Shown one piece after another: positions 1-9,219 of a stretch of 64,000 nucleotides of DNA; position 1 is the first letter of the stretch; every line of letters starts with the position of its first letter. Source of the stretch: an uncultured delta proteobacterium (lineage in GTDB: Bacteria > Myxococcota > Myxococcia > Myxococcales > Anaeromyxobacteraceae); contig CAWHDZ010000021.1 of NCBI GenBank assembly GCA_963828255.1, positions 64,001 to 128,000 on the forward strand, in the 5' to 3' direction. The position numbers and the translations under genes are program-made. A model generated the notes under the pieces. That model did no database searches, was not told where the DNA came from, and saw only the letters and a program-made list of their open reading frames with translations.

Positions 1-434
1 ATCTGCGCACCAGCCCCACCCACGCCCGAGAGGTCCAGGGTTTCGGTCACGCCGAAGCCGGCGCTTCCATCGAGCCAGGTGCCGACGACCTGTACCTGTG
101 CCCCTGAACTGGCCACCACCAGCAGGTCGGCCATCCCGTCGTTGAGCGATCCCGATGCGAGGAAGCTCGGGCGCGGGACGGTTGGGATGGCGAGCGGCCA
201 CGAGGCGTTGAGCCCCGACACGGAGGAGTCGGACGCCGGGTCGAGGAGCCGCAGCTCGTTGCCCCGAAACGAAGCGACCGCCACGAGCGGGACGAGCCCG
301 GCCTCGGGCATCATGGGGTTGTACCCGGTGAACGCTGCGATCGCCACCGGCCCACGCAGGAGGGCCGGGATGACGGCGGACCCGCTGGAGCAGGCGGCCA
401 TGCCGAGCGCGAGCGCGAGCGCCACCCGCTTCAC
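1..434 (-). CDS. Putative lipoprotein, runs off the window edge (partial)
   Basis: GTG at 434 overlaps the stop of the upstream gene (GTGA). My translation is MKRVALALALGMAACSSGSAVIPALLRGPVAIAAF..., with a lipobox MAAC and an open frame to position 1. Confidence 0.75.
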   Translation of the reverse strand, partial: MKRVALALALGMAACSSGSAVIPALLRGPVAIAAFTGYNPMMPEAGLVPLVAVASFRGNELRLLDPASDSSVSGLNASWPLAIPTVPRPSFLASGSLNDGMADLLVVASSGAQVQVVGTWLDGSAGFGVTETLDLSGVGGAGAQ

Positions 435-1870
435 GGTCCCCTCCCGATGCGTTTCACGAGCGCCACGTCGGTCGGACGATCGGGGTCGAGTTCCAGGACG
501 TTCACCCAGTGATTGAGGAAGCTCCCCACGTAGATCCGCTGGCAGTCCCTCCCGGCGGTGCACGGGGACGGCTGGTACCCGGACCCGGCGACGGGGATCG
601 TGGCCCGCGCCGGGTCGATGGGCTCGACGGCCAGGCCGAACGGCGAGCGTCCCAGAACCGGGAGACCGGAGCTGGTGTCGAGCCCGACGTACCGGACGAC
701 GGTGCGGGAACTGGTGTCGATGATGGCCAGGGCGCCCTCGGTGTCGCAGGTCACCGCGAGGAGATCCGGCTTGCCGTCCCGATGGGGCAGGCGCCGGATC
801 TGTCCGACGCCCAGGCAGGTCCGGACGATGCCCTGGAGCGCCATTCGCGGCTCGCCGAACGACGAGGGCGCGAGGTCGAAGATTGCGACCGCTCCACCCT
901 GGGTGAAGAAGGAACCCGTCTGCGCCGCCACCGGCACGTCGTAGAGGTCCACCGTCACGTAGAGCATCTGGCCGTCGCTGGAGACCGCCATGTCCCGGGC
1001 CGCGGCTCCCGTCAGGAGGGCCGAGAAGTACGCAGCGGCGTACTCGGGCATGGCGAATCCGTTGACGTCCGAGACCGTGACCAGGGGGTTGAACCAGCGG
1101 AACTGCTGGTTGAAACCGATGGTGGAGGTGACGAACAGCCGGTCGTTGGCGGGATTGAAGACCGAGCTGTACGTCCCGTCGCTGCCGATGAGCAGGGGCA
1201 GGACGTCGTCATCGGCCGCCAGGTTCAGCCGGGTGAGCCACCCGAGGTTGTTGGCCGCCATCAGGTGGGAGACGAAGGCGTAGGCGGCAGGGAAGCCCGC
1301 GGCTTCGCTGCAGGCGATCGAGACCCCGTAAGGATCCGGTCGGTCGATCGGGACGGAGAAGGGGCATCCGGCGCCGCAATCGAGCCCCCCGGCCTCCGTG
1401 ATCGACATGCGGTATATCTGCAGGCCCGAGCGGGAAGCGACCACCAGCTTCGCCCCCCCCGCCGCGAGCACGGGATCGGACGCGAGGGGCGGACACCCCG
1501 ATGGGCAGTCGGGCCATCCGGGTTGGCACCGCGCCTCGACGAGACCTGCCTCGCCCCCGAAGCTCGCGATCCGGAACGACCCCAGGACGCTGAGCGCACC
1601 GCCCACCTCGGTATCCTGGGACCGGTCGGGGTCCACGACCAGGACGGTGCCGCCGTCGATCTGGTCGTAGCGGAGGTCGAAGTTGGAGTTGACGACCACG
1701 AGCTGCGACGACCCGTACGGATCCGCGGGCGTGGGCGCCAACTGCCGGACGGCGATACCAACCGGAAAGTAGAGGATGTCGAGAGGGGGGACGACGTTCG
1801 GGAAGGAATCCCGGCAGCCGGCCGCCGTCACGAAGGCGAGGAGCGCAATAATCTTTGGGAATCTGGTCAC
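431..1870 (-). CDS. Cys-rich putative lipoprotein, possibly beta-propeller-like
   Basis: 479-aa ORF with signal peptide and lipobox (TAAGC). Repeated YncE-like blades (PVGIAV, PYGVSI, ARDMAVS, PFGLAV). Confidence 0.7.
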   Translation of the reverse strand: MTRFPKIIALLAFVTAAGCRDSFPNVVPPLDILYFPVGIAVRQLAPTPADPYGSSQLVVVNSNFDLRYDQIDGGTVLVVDPDRSQDTEVGGALSVLGSFRIASFGGEAGLVEARCQPGWPDCPSGCPPLASDPVLAAGGAKLVVASRSGLQIYRMSITEAGGLDCGAGCPFSVPIDRPDPYGVSIACSEAAGFPAAYAFVSHLMAANNLGWLTRLNLAADDDVLPLLIGSDGTYSSVFNPANDRLFVTSTIGFNQQFRWFNPLVTVSDVNGFAMPEYAAAYFSALLTGAAARDMAVSSDGQMLYVTVDLYDVPVAAQTGSFFTQGGAVAIFDLAPSSFGEPRMALQGIVRTCLGVGQIRRLPHRDGKPDLLAVTCDTEGALAIIDTSSRTVVRYVGLDTSSGLPVLGRSPFGLAVEPIDPARATIPVAGSGYQPSPCTAGRDCQRIYVGSFLNHWVNVLELDPDRPTDVALVKRIGRGP

Positions 1871-1881
1871 CGGGAAGGCGG

Positions 1882-1911
1882 AACCTAAGCCCCACCTCCC
1901 CCCAGGGTCAA
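1882..1911 (-). promoter_or_regulatory. Putative sigma70-type promoter for the lipoprotein pair
   Basis: TTGACC-N18-TAGGTT on the minus strand, 11 nt before the GTG start. Confidence 0.45.
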
Positions 1912-1927
1912 GGGGAAACCGGACGCC

Positions 1928-4042
1928 TCAGGCGCTTCCGCCGCCGCTGCCCGCGGGAGGCAGTTCGGCCTGGATCTTCCGGAAGTCGGCGACGTCTCCG
2001 AACAGGTCGGACACACGCTTCATGAGCCCGAGCCGGTTGGCGCGGACGGCCGGGTCGTCGGCCATGACGAGGACCTTGTCGAAGAACAGGTCCACCGCCG
2101 GCTTGAGCGAGGCCACCGCCCTGAGCACCGCCGCGTAGTCGCGGGCGCGGCGCATCTCCGCCACCTCCGACTCCACGCGGACGAGGTCGTCGAGGAGCGC
2201 GGTCTCGGCGCCCTCCCGGAGCAGCGCCGGATCCACCGCGGCGCCCGCTCCCTCCCCCGCCTTCTCGCGGATGTTGGCCACGCGCTTGAACGCCACCGCC
2301 AGCGGGAGGAAGTCCGGCCGGGCCTTGATGCTCGCGAGCGCCTCCAGCCGCCGCCGCGCGTCCACCGCGTCGTCGAAGCCGGCGGCCAGGACGGCGTCCA
2401 CGAGGTCGCCCGGGAACTCGTCGCTCCAGAGCGCCCGGAGCCTCCCGCGCAGGAAGTCGCGGACCTGCGAGGCCACCACCGCCCGGTCGGCGGAGAGGCG
2501 CACGCCGGAGAGCGCGTCGAGCGTGCGCTCCACACCGGCGGCGAGCGAGAGGTGCCACCCCCGCGACTGCACGATGCGCAGGATCCCGATGGCGGCGCGC
2601 CGCAGGCCGTAGGGGTCGGCGGCTCCGGTGGCCTTCTCCCCCACCCCGATGATCCCGACGAGTTGGTGCAGCCGGTCGGCCACGCCGACGAGCGCGCCGA
2701 GATCTCCGCGCGGCATCTCGCCGGCGGATCCCAGCGGCTTGTAGTGGTCCTCGATGGCGTCGGCGATGGCGGAGCGCATCCCCTCGTGGCGGGCGTAGTG
2801 GCCCCCCATGATCCCCTGCAACTCGGGGAACTCGCCCACCATGCCGGTGGTGAGGTCGGTCTTGCAGAGGCGGGCCGCCTCGAGGACGTCCGGGACCAGG
2901 TCGTCCCTGCCAAGGGCCCGGGCCAGGTCGCCTGCCACCGCGGCGATCCGGTGTACGCGGTCGAGCTCGCTGCCCAGGCGCGCCTGGTAGGTCCTCCTGC
3001 CCAGGTCCTCGATCCGGTCCACCAGCCTCCGCTTGCGGTCCTCCTCGAAGAAGAACCGGGCGTCGGCGAGCCGGGCGCGCAGCACCCGCTCGTACCCGTG
3101 GCGGGCCACCGCAGGGTCCTTCACCGGCGTGCCCGAGACGGCCACGAAGCGGTTGAGGAGCCGCCCCTTCGCGTCGTTCACCGCGAAGTAGCGCTGGTGG
3201 TTGCGCATCTCGGAGACGACCACCTCCGGGGGCAGTTCCAGGTTCGACTTCTCGAAGCTGCCGGCGATCCCGGTGGGGTGCTCGACGAGCCAGGTGACCT
3301 GCTCGACGAGCGGCTCGTCGGGACGGAGCGCTCCCCCGGCCTTGCGGGCGGCCCGGGCGAGCTCCTTCTCCACCGCGGCCCTCCGCTCGTCGGGGTCAGC
3401 GACGACGAACGCCTTGCGGAGCCTGGCCAGGTAGTCCTCGGGCTTCCCGGAGAGCGGGATGGCGCGCGGCGCGAGGAACCTGTGGCCGTAGGTGGTCCGG
3501 CCGCTCTTCACGTCCCCGTGGCGCACCGCCACCGGCCGTCCGTCGAGGAGCGCCACCATCCAGCGCACCGGCCGGGCGAAGGTGACCTCCTCGCTGCGGG
3601 AGCGCATGGCCTTCTTGAAGCGCAGGCCGGCCACCAGCCGCTCCAGGATCGCCGGCACCACCTGCTCCGCCTTGCGCCCCTTCTCGACCTTCGTCACCGC
3701 CAGTCGAAGTCCCTTGGGCGTCTCCACCCGCTCCAGCGCCGCCACCTCGACCCCCTGGCTCCGGGCGAAGCCGGCCGCCGCCGGGGTCGGGTTGCCGGCC
3801 GCGTCGAAGGCCTGGGCCACCGGGGGCCCGAGCGCCTGGCTGATGGCGTCGCCCTGCCGCCGCTCCACCTCGCGCGCCCACACGGTGAGCCGCCTCGGCG
3901 TCCCCACCGCGCGCACCTCGCCGTGCCCGAGCCGGGCGTCGTCGAGGGCCTTCGACAGGTCCTGGGCCATCTGCTGCAGCGCCGCCGGCGCGAAGCCCGC
4001 CGGGATCTCCTCGGCGCCGATCTCGAAAAGAAGGTCCGCCAT
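1928..4042 (-). CDS. glyS: Glycine--tRNA ligase beta subunit
   Basis: MADLLFEIGAEEIP, GTPRRL, RPVRW, GEFPELQGIMG, DPYGLRR motifs; lies next to glyQ. Confidence 0.97.
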   Translation of the reverse strand: MADLLFEIGAEEIPAGFAPAALQQMAQDLSKALDDARLGHGEVRAVGTPRRLTVWAREVERRQGDAISQALGPPVAQAFDAAGNPTPAAAGFARSQGVEVAALERVETPKGLRLAVTKVEKGRKAEQVVPAILERLVAGLRFKKAMRSRSEEVTFARPVRWMVALLDGRPVAVRHGDVKSGRTTYGHRFLAPRAIPLSGKPEDYLARLRKAFVVADPDERRAAVEKELARAARKAGGALRPDEPLVEQVTWLVEHPTGIAGSFEKSNLELPPEVVVSEMRNHQRYFAVNDAKGRLLNRFVAVSGTPVKDPAVARHGYERVLRARLADARFFFEEDRKRRLVDRIEDLGRRTYQARLGSELDRVHRIAAVAGDLARALGRDDLVPDVLEAARLCKTDLTTGMVGEFPELQGIMGGHYARHEGMRSAIADAIEDHYKPLGSAGEMPRGDLGALVGVADRLHQLVGIIGVGEKATGAADPYGLRRAAIGILRIVQSRGWHLSLAAGVERTLDALSGVRLSADRAVVASQVRDFLRGRLRALWSDEFPGDLVDAVLAAGFDDAVDARRRLEALASIKARPDFLPLAVAFKRVANIREKAGEGAGAAVDPALLREGAETALLDDLVRVESEVAEMRRARDYAAVLRAVASLKPAVDLFFDKVLVMADDPAVRANRLGLMKRVSDLFGDVADFRKIQAELPPAGSGGGSA

Positions 4043-4054
4043 GCCCGCCTCCTG

Positions 4055-4984
4055 CTATCCGGCCTCGGCCGCTTCGCGGGCCGCGCGCGCTGCCTCGACC
4101 GCCGCCTTGCGCTCCCGGGGCGGCAGCAGGGGGAATCCGAGGGCCTCCCGGGAGGCCAGGTAGCCCCGTGCGCACTGGTGCGCCAGCGCGCGCACGCGTC
4201 CGATGTAGGCGGCGCGCTCCGTCACGCTGATGGCGCCGCGGGCGTCGAGCATGTTGAAGGCGTGGGAGCACTTGAGGCAGGCGTCGTAGGCCGGGAGGGG
4301 GAGCCGGGCCTCGATGAGCCGCCTGCACTCCGCCTCGAAGACGTCGAACTGGCCGAAGAGCATCTTCGGGTCGCTCTGCCGGAAGGCGTACTCGCTCATC
4401 TCCACCTCGTTGCGGTGGAAGACCTCGCGGTACTTCACCCCCTTCACCCACTCGACGTCGAAGACGTTCTCCACGTCCTGCAGGTACATGGCGATGCGCT
4501 CGAGGCCGTAGGTCAGCTCGGCCGCCACCGGCTTCACCTCGAAGCCGCCGGCCTGCTGGAAGTAGGTGTACTGGGTGATTTCCATCCCGTCGCACCACAC
4601 CTCCCAGCCGAGCCCCCAGGCGCCCAGCGTGGGGCTCTCCCAGTCGTCCTCGACGAAGCGGATGTCGTGCGCGCGCGGGTCGATGCCGATGGCGCGCAGC
4701 GAGCCCAGGTACAGGTCCTGGGTGTCGGGCGGATTGGGCTTCAGGATCACCTGGAACTGGTGGTGCTGGAAGAGCCGGTTGGGGTTGTCGCCGAAGCGGC
4801 CGTCGGCGGGGCGCCGGGAGGGCTCGACGTAGGCCACCTTCCACGGCTCCGGTCCGAGCACCCGGAGGAACGTGGCCGGGTTCATGGTGCCGGCCCCGAC
4901 CTCGAGGTCGTATCCCTGGGCCAGGATGCAGCCCTGCTTCGCCCAGTAGGACTGGAGCTTGAGGATGAGGTCCTGGAACGTCAC
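4055..4984 (-). CDS. glyQ: Glycine--tRNA ligase alpha subunit
   Basis: [49 protein letters not shown]. Confidence 0.98.
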   Translation of the reverse strand: MTFQDLILKLQSYWAKQGCILAQGYDLEVGAGTMNPATFLRVLGPEPWKVAYVEPSRRPADGRFGDNPNRLFQHHQFQVILKPNPPDTQDLYLGSLRAIGIDPRAHDIRFVEDDWESPTLGAWGLGWEVWCDGMEITQYTYFQQAGGFEVKPVAAELTYGLERIAMYLQDVENVFDVEWVKGVKYREVFHRNEVEMSEYAFRQSDPKMLFGQFDVFEAECRRLIEARLPLPAYDACLKCSHAFNMLDARGAISVTERAAYIGRVRALAHQCARGYLASREALGFPLLPPRERKAAVEAARAAREAAEAG

Positions 4985-5068
4985 GCGATGCCCTCGCTTT
5001 CACGCTCCCGGCCGCTGCCGGGCCCTCCTTCGTAGGTCCCCGCGGCCGGTGCTGTCAAACGGAACCAT

Positions 5069-5824
5069 TCACTCCCGAGAGAGCATCGGCCCCACCTCGT
5101 CGAGAAAGCGGCGCGACTGGAGCCGCTTGCCGAGGTGGATCTCGATGCAGGCCCCGAGGATGGCGCGTGCCTCCGCCCCCTCGGACACGCCCGCCTCCAC
5201 GCCCTCGCCCCCCTGCAGCCTGCGCAGCGCCTCGAGGGCCCCGGCCGAGATGGGACGCGCCCCGGCGCCGCCGGTGGAGCCGCAGGCCGGGCAGAGCACC
5301 CCTCCCTGGAGCGGGTCGAAGCGTCCCGGGCCCTCGCCGGCCGGCAGCCCGCAGCGCGCACACGCAGTGAGCGAAGGCTGGAGGCCGGCGGCGCGCAGCG
5401 CGTCGAGCTCGAACCGGCGCAGGTCCCAGGGGCGGGCCGGACCCTCGTCCAGCAGTCCCATGTACGCCACCAGCGCGTCGAAGAGGTCCTCGTGCGGCTC
5501 GGCGTCGCGCACCAGTTCCCGGGTGAGCTCGACGGCGTAGCTGGCGCAGGCGATGCGGGCCAGGTCGCCGCGAAGGTTTCCGAACCCGCGCTCCACCGCC
5601 GCGTCCTCGAGCCCCCACAGGTCCCCGCCGCGCTCCGTGAGCTCGGCCGAGAGCAGCGTGAAGGGCTCGAGCACCCCGCCGAAGCGCCTCCGGGAGGAGC
5701 GCGCGCCGCGGGCGAAGGCCGAGAGCTTTCCCCTCTCCCGGCTGAAGAGGGTCACGACGCGATCCCGCTCGCCGTAGTCCACCGAGCGCAGGACCACGGC
5801 CAGGAGCTTGGCGGACCGGGCCAC
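5069..5824 (-). CDS. recO: DNA repair protein RecO
   Basis: AVVLRSVDYGERDRVVTLFSRERGKLSAFARGARSSRRRFGG plus CxxC...CxxC zinc finger. GTG start at 5824 inferred inside ORF 5069..6688. Confidence 0.93.
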   Translation of the reverse strand: MARSAKLLAVVLRSVDYGERDRVVTLFSRERGKLSAFARGARSSRRRFGGVLEPFTLLSAELTERGGDLWGLEDAAVERGFGNLRGDLARIACASYAVELTRELVRDAEPHEDLFDALVAYMGLLDEGPARPWDLRRFELDALRAAGLQPSLTACARCGLPAGEGPGRFDPLQGGVLCPACGSTGGAGARPISAGALEALRRLQGGEGVEAGVSEGAEARAILGACIEIHLGKRLQSRRFLDEVGPMLSRE

Positions 5825-5832
5825 GCGAACGC

Positions 5833-6345
5833 CTACGGAGCGCCGGGGGCCCGGTAGGGCGCGCGCTCGGAGGACCTGCGGCCCTGGACCTCGCCCGCGT
5901 CGCCGCCCCCGCGCCGCATGCCGACGGCCACCGCCGCGGCGACCAGCAAGACCACCAGGATGGCGACGACCGCGAGGCGGCGCTTCCCCGGCGACGCCAC
6001 CGCGCCGGGGCGAGCCCCCACCCGCGCGGCCCCGGCGCGCGCCGCCCCGGGCGCCGGCTCGGGCTCCTCGAAGCCGGCCGCCTCCTGGTAGCGGAGCACG
6101 ACGTCGTCGGCGTCGAGCCCGACCGCCCCGGCGTAGCTCCTCAGGTAGCCCACCAGGTAGCCGCGCGGCGGCATCCGCTCCGGGTCGCCCGCCTCGATCG
6201 CCTCGATCACCGTCAGCGCGAGCCGGGTGACCCGGGCCACGTCCTCGGCGGAGAGGCCCCGGAGGTCCCGCTCCCTCAGGAGGTAGCGTCCGAAGGCGCG
6301 GACCGCCTCCGGGCGCGGCTCCGGCGCGGGCGCGTTCGTCGTCAC
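5833..6345 (-). CDS. RodZ-like HTH membrane protein (short)
   Basis: FGRYLLRERDLRGLSAEDVA...IEAG...GYLRSYAGAVGLD is an HTH_25-like domain, followed by one TM helix. Confidence 0.8.
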   Translation of the reverse strand: MTTNAPAPEPRPEAVRAFGRYLLRERDLRGLSAEDVARVTRLALTVIEAIEAGDPERMPPRGYLVGYLRSYAGAVGLDADDVVLRYQEAAGFEEPEPAPGAARAGAARVGARPGAVASPGKRRLAVVAILVVLLVAAAVAVGMRRGGGDAGEVQGRRSSERAPYRAPGAP

Positions 6346-7076
6346 CGGAGCTGCTCGCCGCTCTTCTTGCAGTCCTCGCCGACCGGCGTCCCCGCGCCGA
6401 GCTCGGCGCAGCGCTGGAACGAGTCGCGGGCGCGCCCGGCCTGCCCGACCCGGAGAAGGGCGCCGCCGAGGAGCTGCTGGGCGTCGGCCGACTTCTCACA
6501 GGTCTTCGCGTACTGCTCGAAGGAGCCGACCGCCTCGCGGGACTGCCCGTCGGCGAGCTGGATGCGCCCCAGCTCGCGCCACCCCTGGCAGTACTTGGGC
6601 TGGAAGTTGAGGCAGGCCTTGAGCTCGGCGACCCCCTCCTCCTTCTTCCCCATCCGCCAGAGCGCCTGCCCCTTGTTGCACCGGGCAACCCAGGGCTCGC
6701 GGTACAGCATGATGGAGGCGGCCACGTCGAACTCCTTCACCGCCTCCTCGAGCCGGCCGGTGCGGGCGAGGAGCTGCCCCAGGTTGTTGTGGGCCTCGGC
6801 CAGGGTGGGCTTGAGGAGGATGGCCTTCCGGTACTCGGCCTCCGCCTCGTCGAGCTTCCCGAAGGCGAGCTCGTAGACGACCCCCTTTCCGAGGTGCGCC
6901 TCGGCGAGTTCGGGGTCGTACTTGAGCGCCTCGTCGTAGGACTTCATCGCGTCCTGGGCGCGGCCGGCGGTCACCGCCTCGGCCCCCAGGTCCGCGTGGA
7001 CGATGGCGGTGTCCTTGTCCCTGGCGCTCGCGCCGTGGGCGCAGGCCGATGCGAGGAGGAGGAGCACCGAGGCCAA
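6342..7076 (-). CDS. tgl: Type IV pilus pilotin TPR lipoprotein Tgl (PilF/PilW-like); true start uncertain
   Basis: Lipobox ASAC, several TPRs (AEAHLGKG, AEAHNNLG) and Cys-rich C-terminal TPRs. Myxobacterial tgl-HTH-recO-glyQ synteny. Confidence 0.8.
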   Translation of the reverse strand: MASVLLLLASACAHGASARDKDTAIVHADLGAEAVTAGRAQDAMKSYDEALKYDPELAEAHLGKGVVYELAFGKLDEAEAEYRKAILLKPTLAEAHNNLGQLLARTGRLEEAVKEFDVAASIMLYREPWVARCNKGQALWRMGKKEEGVAELKACLNFQPKYCQGWRELGRIQLADGQSREAVGSFEQYAKTCEKSADAQQLLGGALLRVGQAGRARDSFQRCAELGAGTPVGEDCKKSGEQLR

Positions 7077-7100
7077 GGCGACGGGGAGATTCTCTCATGG

Positions 7101-7550
7101 TCAGACGCTCGCCAGGAGGCGCGCGATGCGCTCGGCCTGCTTGAGGTCGGCCGCGCCGTCGGCCGGGCGCGGCTCGTGGAAGACCGGGACCCGCTTCACG
7201 GTCTCGATCTGCTGTGGCTCGGCCAGGTTCCGGAAGTTCAGGTTGTCGAGCATGAATCCCATCGACTCCAGGAAGTGGAGCCCCTCGATCTCGACGTCGC
7301 GGTACTCCTCCATGCCCACCTCGCGCCGTTCGCTGGCGTAGACCACGTTCTCTCCGGTCTTGGGGAGGTAGAGCGAGACGAAGATGGAGAAGCTGCCGTT
7401 CTGGTTCCGCAGGCCGCAGAGGAACCCCTGCACCGCCTGCGGCTCCTTGCCCGGGATGGAGACCTGGGGCTGGTTGATGCTCTCCACGAGCGCCACGACC
7501 TGCTCGCGGCTGGCGGGGATGTAGCGGATGCCCGGGTCTGGCTCGAACAC
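7101..7550 (-). CDS. Conserved myxobacterial protein upstream of tgl
   Basis: 149-aa ORF with coding-like codon usage (ESINQPQVSIPG, FLESMGFMLDNLNF); same operon as tgl. Confidence 0.75.
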   Translation of the reverse strand: MFEPDPGIRYIPASREQVVALVESINQPQVSIPGKEPQAVQGFLCGLRNQNGSFSIFVSLYLPKTGENVVYASERREVGMEEYRDVEIEGLHFLESMGFMLDNLNFRNLAEPQQIETVKRVPVFHEPRPADGAADLKQAERIARLLASV

Positions 7551-7665
7551 GCTGATCCTCGTCGTTCCGGTGGGGTCGTTCCTCTTTCGCCTGGCCTTCC
7601 GGTAGCTAGCGCCCCCGGCGCGGGCGCGTCAAGTTCCACGCGCCCTCGCGGGCGCCGCGCGAATC

Positions 7666-8298
7666 CTACACGCCCCGGGCCGCGGCGCCCCAGACGACCT
7701 TGTGGAGTTGCAGGTTCAGGCGCGCGGCGACGCCGCTCTCCAGGATCCAGCGGGCCAGGTCGCGCGGCTCGACCCGTCCCAGGACCGGGCCGACGAGCAC
7801 GGTCACCCTCCCCTCGAGCCCCTGGCCGCGGATCACCTCGAGCGACCAGCGGAAGTCGGCCTCCGAGGAGACCACGAACTTCACCTCGTCGTGGGGGAGC
7901 AGCCGGGAGAGCCAGCCCAGCCCGGTGGCCGGCTCGCCCGACTCCGGCGTCTTCACGTCGGCGATTCGCACCACGGCGTCGGGAAGGGCGTCGAGCGGGG
8001 CCTGCCCGTGGGTCTCCACGAGCACCTCGTACCCCCGGTCGAGGAGGTCGCGGGCCAGGTCGGGGAGCTCCCGCTGCAGCATGGGCTCCCCGCCGGTGAG
8101 AAGGACGAGCTTGCAGGGGTGGCGGGCCACCTCGGCCAGGATCTCCTCCCGGCTCGCCTCCCGGCCCCCGGTGAAGGCGTAGGCCGTGTCGCAGTAGTTG
8201 CAGCGCAGGTCGCAGCCGGTGAGGCGCACGAAGACGCAGGGGAGCCCCGCGCGCGTGCCCTCCCCCTGGATGCTGAAGAAGATCTCGGTGACCCGCAT
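7666..8298 (-). CDS. queE: 7-carboxy-7-deazaguanine synthase (radical SAM)
   Basis: MRVTEIFFSIQGEG, RLTGCDLRCNYCDT, TGGEP, QLHK. ATG at 8298. Confidence 0.93.
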   Translation of the reverse strand: MRVTEIFFSIQGEGTRAGLPCVFVRLTGCDLRCNYCDTAYAFTGGREASREEILAEVARHPCKLVLLTGGEPMLQRELPDLARDLLDRGYEVLVETHGQAPLDALPDAVVRIADVKTPESGEPATGLGWLSRLLPHDEVKFVVSSEADFRWSLEVIRGQGLEGRVTVLVGPVLGRVEPRDLARWILESGVAARLNLQLHKVVWGAAARGV

Positions 8299-8318
8299 GG
8301 CTGCGACCGGCCCGGATC

Positions 8319-8657
8319 CTACTCCTTCGGCTTGCGCGCGCGCTCCTGGGCCACGGCCTCGAGCCGGTCGGCGATCTCGTCCATGCGCCGGCGCAGGGCG
8401 TCGATCTCGTCGCGGGTGGGGATCTTGAACTGGGCCGCGGCCCGCTTCACGCCGTCGTCGATGGCCCGCTCCACCTCGCGCCGCTGCTGCGAGAGGCGCA
8501 CCCCGAACTCGCGGGCGTGGTGCTTCACGTCCTCGGGGGTGAGGCCCGCCGCGTCGGCGAGCCGGCCGAGGACCTTCTCGGCCTCTGCCTCTGCGGCGTT
8601 CAGCCCGACCAGCGCCTGGGACCAAGCCTCACGGAACTTCGCCTGGAGATCCGCCAT
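8319..8657 (-). CDS. Phasin-family (PHA granule-associated-like) protein
   Basis: MADLQAKFREAWSQALVGL...IPTRDEIDALRRRMDEI matches the phasin C-terminal pattern. Confidence 0.7.
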   Translation of the reverse strand: MADLQAKFREAWSQALVGLNAAEAEAEKVLGRLADAAGLTPEDVKHHAREFGVRLSQQRREVERAIDDGVKRAAAQFKIPTRDEIDALRRRMDEIADRLEAVAQERARKPKE

Positions 8658-8674
8658 CGCGATGCTCCCCTTCC

Positions 8675-9115
8675 CTAGGCCTGCCCGACGACGGGCTTGC
8701 GCGTGGGCTTGCCGGCCTTGCGCTTGCGGCTCTCGTCGAGCCGCTTCAGGATCTTGTTGATCTCGCGCGAGAGCTCGGCGACCTCCTCGCGGCTGGCGAC
8801 GCCCAGGAACTTGAGCGCAGAGACCTGGAGGTTCTCGAGCTTCTCGGCGGCGTCCACGCGGAACTCCTGGGCCTTGTCCTTCCACTCCTCGGCGCGCTCG
8901 ATCCCGACCTCCCGGAGGTGCTCGAGCCGCTCGCGGACCTCGGCCCAGTCCTTCCCGGAGACCTTCTGGAAGCGGGTCTGCACCTCGTGCATCAGCTTCT
9001 GGGCCTCGGCCTCGAGCGTCTCGAGCCTGGCCTGGGCCACCTCGACGGACTCTCGGAGGAAGCCTTCCACCTTGGCGGAGTTCTTCGCGTTGCGGCTCTT
9101 CTGGGCTTCGGCCAT
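8675..9115 (-). CDS. Phasin-like coiled-coil protein with basic tail
   Basis: LGVASREEVAELSREINKI followed by a Lys/Arg-rich tail; tandem with the adjacent phasin-like gene. Confidence 0.65.
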   Translation of the reverse strand: MAEAQKSRNAKNSAKVEGFLRESVEVAQARLETLEAEAQKLMHEVQTRFQKVSGKDWAEVRERLEHLREVGIERAEEWKDKAQEFRVDAAEKLENLQVSALKFLGVASREEVAELSREINKILKRLDESRKRKAGKPTRKPVVGQA

Positions 9116-9219
9116 CGTCGTCTCCTTCGTGGGGTTGGCCCCTCACACGGAGGGGCGATGTCGCGAAAGGTATATAACGCGTCGCGTCATCCCCGTCAAC
9201 TGTCCAGGTGATTTATCAG

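Noticed and set aside
4985..5068. T-box leader upstream of glyQS
   Set aside because: Only 84 nt with no T-box consensus; it holds just a weak TTGACA-N18-TACGAA promoter-like motif.
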